Shown: in pieces, positions 52,201 to 61,200 of the stretch
How positions within the stretch are numbered: the stretch's first letter is position 1
How the letters are laid out: each line of letters opens with the position of its first letter
Source: a candidate division FCPU426 bacterium
Lineage (GTDB): Bacteria; Oederibacteriota; JAAXVQ01; JAUVAV01
Reading direction: 5' to 3'
DNA length: 64,000 nucleotides
NCBI GenBank assembly: GCA_040756875.1
Contig: JBFLYH010000001.1
Span: 1,024,001-1,088,000 of the forward strand
Made by a program: the position numbers and the translations under genes
Notes under the pieces: generated by a model
Database searches by the model: none
The model's input: only the letters and a program-made list of their open reading frames with translations
What the model was told of the DNA's origin: nothing

Positions 52201-55200
52201 CGGCGGCCCTGCTCCAGTTCCCCGTTCACGAACGAGCCCCAGGTCCCCTGGTTGAGCGCGTAAATCTGCCGTTCGTAGTAGGCGAAGTAATCCACGATCG
52301 CCCGCATGGCCGCCTGCGCTTTCCACTGTTCGTTGGACAGCGGCTGGTTGCGGTCATTGCGGAAACCGGTCCAGCGTTTCACATCATCCAGTTGGCCGCG
52401 GATCACGTCCGGAATGTCCGCGAATTCGCGCTCCAGCCTCGGCGTGACCGGGAAGCTGCCTTGGAGGTCGCCGTTTTCCGACATTTTTTCGATTTCATAA
52501 TCAAGCGAGTATTCGAGATTGTCCGCCTGTCGGCTTACAATCTTGCCGTCCGAACCAATGCTGACCTTCTCGTCCGGCCCGGCGACATAGTGTATACGGC
52601 CGTTCACAGTGACGGGCGCATTGATGCGAAGTCCGCTTTCCAGGTTGGGGAACAGCACGTCCACCTGCACGCGTTCGCCGGTGGGCTGCCCGCGGCTGAC
52701 CAGGTTCAGGCTGCCCTCTTTGGAAAAAGCGCCGGCATCATTGATCGCGTTGAAAAAACCCGTGAAATAAATTTCCGAAGGCGCTCCGGAGCGCCGGCCG
52801 GCATTGCCTGACAGGCGGGCGCGCACTAGTTCGGTCACGGTCAGCGTGCCCTCGGATGGAACGGCGGTTTTTTCGGCCTCGACCACGGAAGGCAGGCGGC
52901 CGTCCAGCGCCCGCTGTTCCGGGTCCAGCGGCTTGTAATAATACCCGCGCTGCCGGACCAGGTTGATCTTCTGGATGCGGGCTTCCGTGGGAGCCACCGG
53001 CTCCGAATAGTAGATATTAGGCCTGGCTTCGCGTGACACGCCGGCCAGGGCGGCCAAAGGCTGGGAAAGTGCCGTGGTCAGGGACAGGGCCAGCAGGAAC
53101 GCGGTCGCCAGCCATCCGGTCGACAGGCTCAGGCGCGGCCAGCGCCAGTGAAACGCCATCACCCTAGGCACGGCTTGATTGACGATGAAGTGCGACAGGA
53201 CCCCAGCGCCCAGCAGCAGGGGCAGCGACAGGCCTGACAGGCACAACCCTATATTCAGGAGGGACAACAAGCCGGCCAGCGCCAGGTTGAGCGGCGGCGC
53301 GCGACGGCCCTGCGAATCAGCGATGAAGTGCCCTCCCAAAAACGCCGGCCAGGCAGCCAGCATGGTCGCACGCAGAGCCAGGGAGATGTCTCCGGTTGCA
53401 GCCACGACCGGCAAACCAACCAGGAATCCGGCAAACGCCAGGGTCAGACTGTTCTCCAGCCAGAACGCCACCCAGCGGTCGTAGCGGCTGCTGCGCGCCT
53501 GGCGCGTGGCTTCGTCCGGGTTGCCCCGGTTGACGTACCATTCCTTCACGCGCGGCATGATGCCGCCCTGTCCGGAGTAGGGTTCCTTGACCACGACCGG
53601 CGCCTGGGCGAACGCGGCGTTGAATTTGGCCTGGTCCTTCACCACCAATGTCTCGCCCAGATACAGCGGTTCGAACTCCGGCGTCTTGCGGTCCACGATG
53701 GCGTATTGTTCCCGGATGGTGAGCGGGGCGTTACCGACCAGGTCGCGGGCCGCGGGATCCACGAAAAACAATTGGGCCCGGACCTTTTGCGTGCGGTCGG
53801 CTTCCGGAAGCATCCGGATCCAGGCATTGGGTCTGAGCGGCTTTTGCGGCCCGAAGCCGAATTCGCGGATGAGCATGCTCTGCAGCATGGGATTTTCCAG
53901 CTTCGGATGGGTTTGACGCACCTCGGGATACAGGTGGAAAAAGAGGTTGAGTAAGGGGCGCAAGAGATTCATGTCGCGCAAGCCGGTCAGTTCCTCAATC
54001 AGCAAACCCCGCAACCCCAGAAGGCCTCCCACCTCCGGTTCGCGCAGGGCATAGACGAAAATATCGGGCACGCCGGTCCACTCGTCCCATTTGCCGCCCA
54101 TGCCGTAGTAATTGAGCATATATCCCTGTCTGGCCCCCTGCCGCAGGGGCTGGTACTCAAAAACCAGACGCTCGGCTCGGCTGTGGATGGCCACTTCCAG
54201 GCGGTCAATGACTACTGCCCGCCCGGCAATCAGGCCCGGCTGGACAGTCATTTCGGGCACGACAAACATATTGGGCGCCAGGGCGTCCTCGTACAAGCGC
54301 TGGGTGAACGCCGGCAGAATCAATCCGCTGATGGAGCGGCCTTCGGAAGCAAAATCTTCCTCGTCGATCTGGACGCCTTCCAGGTGCTTGCCGCTGTGCA
54401 AGCGCTCCACCTGGATCCCGAATTGCTCCTCCCATTGCCGTAACTGCTCCGGCGCCGGCAGTTCGTCCGCCGTCACGCCGATGCGGATCGGTTCCTCCGG
54501 ATCCACGGTGAGCAATTCTCCCCGGCCCCAGGCGCCGATCAAATACAATCCCGGGAATCCGGGGCCGTAGAACTCCAGCAGTTCCCTGATCACCTTCAGA
54601 AAACCGCTTTGAGCCGCCTGCAAACGGTCCATCACACGTTCCGGAATGGGCGTATAGCGGTCAGCCTCGGGCAAACCGGCCGCCACCGCGGCCTGCGGGG
54701 TGAGGGGCACCAATTCCCCCTGCTGTTTTTGGAACACGCGGTAGAAATTATTCTGGCCGGCAATGGTGTTGCTGACTTCAATATAGAATCCGCCTTCGCG
54801 CAGATTGGCCGCGATTTGCTGCCGCGCCCGCTCCCAAACCTCGGGCGAAAAATGGATCGCCACGTTGGCGGCGCGGATCACGTCCACCGGCGTGGGCAGC
54901 TTGAAGTCCATGACATCGCCCTGGAACAGGCGCAAGCCCGCCTGGAGATATTTGGGATTCTGCCAGGGATTCCAAATGCCTTCCGCCCGGTCCAGGGCAT
55001 ACGCCTGCCCCTTGCCCGGCTGAGCCCGGCTGTAGGTTTCCAGGGTTTTAAAGCGCCGGCGGAATTCAGCAGCCAGGCTTTTCCAACGGGCAATAAAGCT
55101 GGCGCCCACGGTGCGGCCGCTGCGGGTCATCAAACTGATGATATTGCCCTGGCTGTCGAATATGGCCTGGACTTCCTCGCGGTCGCCGCGAACCACGGCC

Positions 55201-58200
55201 AGGGGCAGGTTTTTGTCCATGCCCAGGAAATCCACCTGCGGGGCGGCCGTGCTTTCCCGGTCCAGCTGCCGCCGCACATTGCCGGCGGTGAGCCACAAGG
55301 CATCAGGGTCCGCGCTCACGCCCACTTCCAGAAACCGCAACCCGGCGCCGGGCCGTGCGCGGCCCGCGGCGCGGAGCGCCGAAGCGACCAAGGCGTCCGA
55401 CTTGTCCAGCCGGTAGGGCGCCGTGTTCATGAATTCGAACAAATTGCCCTTGAACGCAAACGCCCGGGCTTCGGCCGGGCTGTAGAGCCTGGGTTTGGCC
55501 CAGGCTAGAAGGTCGAACTCGAATTTCTGGCGGAGGTGGTTCAGGGTCAGGCTGCCGTTGAGAACGCCTTCGGCAAAGGCCCCGGCCGCGGCCTCGGGCA
55601 AGGCGGGCAGCATGGGAAAAATGTCGTGGTGCAGGTCCCTGATTTGCGCCGTCAGGCGCATGATTTCTTCCGCGGCCGCTTCCTCGAATTCCGCGAGCGC
55701 GCCCAGGAGCAGCGCGCGTTCCTCGGGGGACAGGATCGCTTCCGCGGGGATATTCTCCCGCTCCCGGGCTGCGGGCCGCGTGGCAGCCAGCCACCGGCTC
55801 AGGGCTTCCTGCTGGTCATTGCCCAGCAGGCGCCCGACGAATCCCACTGCCTCGGAGGTCAGGTTGCCCAGCTGCGCGACCCGTTCCCGCTTGCCCGCGC
55901 CGCGCAGGAAGCGGTGATCCACAGCCGGATCGCCGAGGGATTCGCCCAGCTCGTGCGCCAGCGCGGCGTCGAACACCCCGTCCTGGCTGAACAGTCCCTG
56001 GTCGAGCAGCACGGTCCCGGCCGCGGCCATGCCGCGGAAAACGGCATCCGGCGGGCCGCGCCGGACCTCCACCCGGGTCATGATGTAAAAACCGCCGAAC
56101 GTTTGGTCCAGGTCCACCGGCTGGCCGGTCGTCTGCATCAGCGTACGGGCCTGCGCCAGCATCGCGGCCAGCACTTTTTTATCCTGGCCGAACCAACGGG
56201 CGCGGGAGGCTGAAATTCCATCCAGTTTTTGCAGCGCCTGTTCGATCCGCGCCATCTCCCGCGCGCTTGGTTCGCGCAACGTCACGATGAATTCCAGTTC
56301 CTGGCTGCGGTCGACCTGGCCCTGGGCGTCGATGGGATGGGCCTTGACGCGGATTTGCGGCAGGGACAGGACTTTGAGCACGGTTTCGTCCGTGCTGGCA
56401 ATGCCCTGCAGCAGGTCCGCTTCGGCCTGGGTGAAGGTGGCGGCCCGGGGCGAGAGCACGGTGGCTTCGGTGATTTCGAATTTGCCCATGGCCCCGCCGG
56501 TCTCGTCCGGGTCCAGGAGCGAGCGGCCGTGCGCGCGGAGCTTGTACCGTTGGGCCGAGGTGCTGAGGACCTCGCCGTCCGCGGGCGTGTTGAAGTAATC
56601 GGTTACGTCCACGTCGCCCCAGCCCATGGCCTGGAACACGCGGGTCGAGGCGGCGATCAGGCTGCGGATCATCCCGTTATATTCCTCCGCCGGGCGCTCA
56701 TGCCCTTCCAACCAGTAGAAGTTGAAGTCATAAGAGACGAGCGAGCTTAAATCCACGAAGAAATCGTACACCGTTTCGTGCAGCTGCGCGGCCGTGTATT
56801 CGCCGGCCTGGATGGCCTGTGCGGCCTTGGCCAGTTCGGCGTACTGCTGACCCACCGTGGAGTACAGCGAAGGCGCGGTGGCGCGCAGGCGGGTGTAAAA
56901 CCCGAACATCCCCTCCAGGGCCTCCCGGACTGCTTTCATTTCCGCCTGGACCGTTTCGACCGGCGCCGCGCGCTCCTGCGCGCCCGGCGCATGCTGGGCC
57001 AGGCTCTTGTACATCCGCGGCGTTCGGTCGCGCGACTCCACGTATTGCAGGCAGCGGGACATGATCCGTTTGTTGGCGGCGCTCATCAAAGCGGCGTGCA
57101 GCAGGATCTGGTTGGAGACCGTTTGGTAGAGTTCCAGGTCCGGCACCATGCCGCCGGACATGAAAGTAATATGATGGTAGCCGGCCATGCCGAAGAGGTA
57201 TTGCCGCACCGAATCTTCCAGGCGCTGCAGGCGCACCAGCAGGTCATTGGCCTGGCGGGGGTTCATGCCTTTGGGCGCTTTGGGGACGCTTTGCAGTATT
57301 TTCTGGAATTCGTTGACCAAGGGCAGGTAATCGGTCTGCCGCAAGGGGACGGCCTGGGGCTTGCGTTTCATCAGCTTGGCCACGCGCTGGATCTGCAGGC
57401 GCATGTCCTTCAGCAGGTTCAGCTGCTGATTGTACCTTCCCACGCGTTCCTGGTCCCGCAGGGCCTGCGTGAGCGGATGCTCGTTCAGGCGCCGGGTTTC
57501 GCCCCCGATCACCGCGCGCAAATCGTCCGCGAACTGCCGCGCGGCTTCGGCCTCCCGGGCTTCGGCTTCGCGCTTGCGCGCCTGTTCCTCGGCTTGGGCC
57601 GAACGGCCGGCCTCGGGCTTTTGCGCTTCGGGTTCCTTGCCGGCCTGTTCCTCCGCGGGCTTGGCCTGGCGGGCCTCGCGCCAGGAAGCCTGCAGCTGGA
57701 TCAGGTCCGAGGCGGAGATGAACCACTGGGTTTCATCCGGCGCGACGACGGAGTGGACGAATGTCAGGGGCAGGTTCCAGACTGCCAGGCGCAGCTCGCC
57801 GCTGACCAGGGCCTGCCGCACATCCTCCGGGGTGAGCGGCATGGCCGAGGACTGCATGCGGCGCAGGAAGGTTTTGGATTTAACCTGCAAGGTCAGCGTG
57901 CGTTTGCCGCTGAACGTGAAGGGTTCGGCCGCGGTCACCGCGATCTCCGCGTACATCTGCCAGGCTTGAGGCGCCTGCACTTCCCCGGCCTGGGACAGTT
58001 CGCGGAGCAAAACCGCGTCGTGGTTTGCAGGTAGGGCCTGTTCTCGGGCCGACTCCTGCGGCGACAGGCCCAGGGCTTCCAAGGCTTCGGCCTGTTCGGG
58101 CGTGGAGGCTGCCAGGTTCATCTGTGCTCGCACGCCATAAAACCGGGCAATCCGCTGCGCCTCGGCTAAATATTCGAGAATGCCGTCCTCGGTCGCCCGG

Positions 58201-61200
58201 GAATCAAAGGTGTGTTCGACGATCCAGACGCCCCGCTTCCACGCTTCCAGCCACTCGGTCAGCCCGTCCTGGGCGTCCAGGCCGAACTCCCGGCCCACGA
58301 ACCCGGCCTGTTCGGATGAGGGAACCGTGGCCAGGTCCAGGCGCTCCGTTTTGCCGGCGCCGCGCAGGAAACGGTGGTCCACCGCGGGATCAGGCAGCGA
58401 TTCGCCCAGTTCGTGCAGCAGGGCCGCGGCCAGGGGCTGCCGCGTCGAGAACAGGCCGGCGTGCAGCAGCGCGGCTTCCGGGAAACCCAGGCCGCCGATC
58501 ACGAAATCCTGCGGGCCGCGCACCACCTCGGTTCTGGTGATGGCGAACAATCCCTGGAAAGGCGCGGTTCCGCGCGCGGCTTTCAAGGCGTCCCACTGTT
58601 CCAGGAGGGACGCCAGCACGCGCCGGTCGGTCTGGTCCAGGTCCTTCCGGGCGGCGCGCGCTTGACGCGCTTCGGCCAGCCCTGCGTTCGCCAGTTCCAG
58701 TTCGGGATCTGACAGGGGCCGCACGGTCAGGATCAGTTCCACAGTTTCGGTCTCAATCGGGCGGCCTTCGGCATCCAGGGGATGGCCGGTCACCAGCAAT
58801 TTGGTTTCAGCCGCTTCCGGCGGTTGGGCCTGCTCCTGTCCGGTCTTGGCCACGGACAGAGGGGCGGTCAGCAGCATGCGCGCATCCGTGATTTGCAGCC
58901 TGCCCATGGCCGAGGGTTTGTCCAGGCGCTTGACTTCAGGGCCGCTGAACACCGCCTCCAAGGCCCGGCGCGCCGGAACCTGCAGCGGCTCGGCGCTTTC
59001 GGCCACCAGCAGCGCCTGGCGGATGCCCGCGTTGACGGCCAAGGGACCCAGGGCGGCCACGGTTTCCAGGGCCTGGACCCGGGCCTCGTCCGAGCCGCTG
59101 GAAATCAGTCCCGCCAGGCCGGCGAGCACGCGCTCCTGCAGCTCCCTCCGGTTCCTGAATTCCTCCAGCGCCTGTTGCCGGGTCTCGGGCGCGAGCAACT
59201 GCCTGATCAGTCCGGCTTCATCCGATATTGTCAGCCGGTCCGTGGCCGGCTGCTCTTCCTGCCCGTCTGGCCGGTTTTTCTTTTGCTGGTCGCGGTTGGG
59301 ATCGCGGTCCGGGGAGACCCGTTCGACCGGCCCCACGGGCGGAATGATCGCGGCCGCGAACGCCCAGTTCCACCATTCGCCGGCCGCGCCGGTCAGCGTG
59401 GTTTCGGGCGAGAACGCGCGGACCGCCAGCAGCACCGCGATCGCCAGCCAGCCCGCGTAATCGAAGCCGGTCCAGCGCACACGCGCCGGAACCCGCGCCA
59501 GCAGGGTTTGCATCCGCTGTCCCCAGGCGGCCAGGACCGAGACAGCGGAGCGCAGGCGGGCGAACCAGTCCCGGCCTTGCAGGCCCGCGGTCACGGCCGT
59601 CCACTGTTCCTGGCCGTAGAAAGTCATTTCGAACTGCCGCAACGGAAGGGTTTGCAGGGGCTCGGGCCCCAGGCGGCGGTTGAGGCCGACCGGGCCGACC
59701 ACCGCGAAAAACCCGGGCGAGAACGGCACGGCCAGGGCGTTGGGCGTGACCAGGGCCCGGCTGAAATCCGGCGCGATCCCGCTCGAATTGGAACGGTACG
59801 TTGCCAGGGTGGCCGCGTAGCGCGCCGTGAGGGCTTCCAGTCCGGAGGCGCCCTGCTGCCGGGCGTATTGCAGGTAGGCGAGTTTGAGCGACGCATCCAG
59901 CAGGCGGTAGCCGATGCGCAGGTCCTCGGGCAGCTGCGCGTCGTCCAGCACGGACTGGGTGTCGTCGGCTTCCGCGAAGAACGGCGCCAGGGCCAGGATG
60001 TTCTGGTTCTGGGCCAGGAGTTTTTCCAGGGGCGTGCGCTGTTTGCGCAGCAGCGAATAATACGGGTTCACCACGTCGACCTGGCTCAACTTGGGCTTGA
60101 GGGAGAGATAGGACAGGTTGCGCAGGCGCAGGAGGTCCAGGACGTGCTGAGTGTGGTAGCCGCCGCTGATCAGGACTGCGATGGAGGCATGTTCCCGGTC
60201 CATGCGCGCCAGCAGGTTGCGCACGAAGTCCTGGCTGCGCACGTCGGCGTTGGCGTAGAACTCCTCCACCTTTTTCAGGTAATTTTCCAGCTCATAGACC
60301 GCGGGCTCCAGGGTTAGCTCGCCGTCCGGGTCGTGGTGCCGGATGAAAGTCTGGAAAGTGTCCACCTTGAACAGGTACGGCTGGCTGCGGTATTCGGCGA
60401 ACTCCCGGCTCGACACCGCGATGCTCAGCATTTTCTCCATGATGTCCAGGCGGTGGATGAGCTCGTCCAGGGACTGCTGGTCCGCGTGGGTGTACATGCC
60501 CGCGCGCAGGCGGGCGTCCAGCGCCTCAAGCTGCTGGTAGAGGATTTCGGGATCGAACGCCGGGCCGGCGGTTTCGCCTTTACCGGCGGCGAAGGCGGCC
60601 AGCTGCGGATACTCGGACAACGGCAGGCCTTGGCGGTTGGCCGCGTCCAGGAGCGTGCGGCTGTAGCGGTAGAGCGAGCGTTCGCCTTTGCGGAACGCCG
60701 TGGTTTCGGCGTCGAAACCCAGCAGCGCCTGGGTGTACACCCGCGGCTTGAGCCGGTCCAGGACCTCGCGGATGTCCCACACGTAGCCCTGGCTCTCGTG
60801 GGTCAGGAACGACATGACGCACTCGCGGCCTTCGCGGTAATGCTCCGCCTCTTCAATGCCCACGAGGTTGACTGGCTGTTCACCCGCGGCCGCGGCCAGT
60901 TCGGCCCCGGAAATTTTCCCCAGCCGGACAAAATGGTCGCCGACTTCCTGTTTGACCTTTTCCACCGGGAAGGTCGACAGTTTGGTGACATTCACCGGAC
61001 GGCTGGCCCCTTCGATAGCCACAAGCTTCAGGCCGTGGCGTTTGGCCAGGTATTCGATGCAGGCCGCGATGTTTTTTTGCACTTCGTAATTGCAATGCAG
61101 GTCCTGGATGTGGATGACCAGCCGGTCTTCGCCCTGGAAAGCGTGCGCGATGGTGGCGAGTTTTTCGGGGATTTCCACGGGTTGGTCATGATAGCGGATC

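Noticed and set aside
51715-53567. Diversity-generating retroelement TR/VR pair
   Set aside because: The three differences are synonymous and not adenine-specific, and no reverse transcriptase was seen.
54450-54560. Nucleotidyltransferase domain (LYLIGAWGRGE)
   Set aside because: It resembles G-S-x-x-RG but lacks the Ser and the DxD motif; too weak to call.
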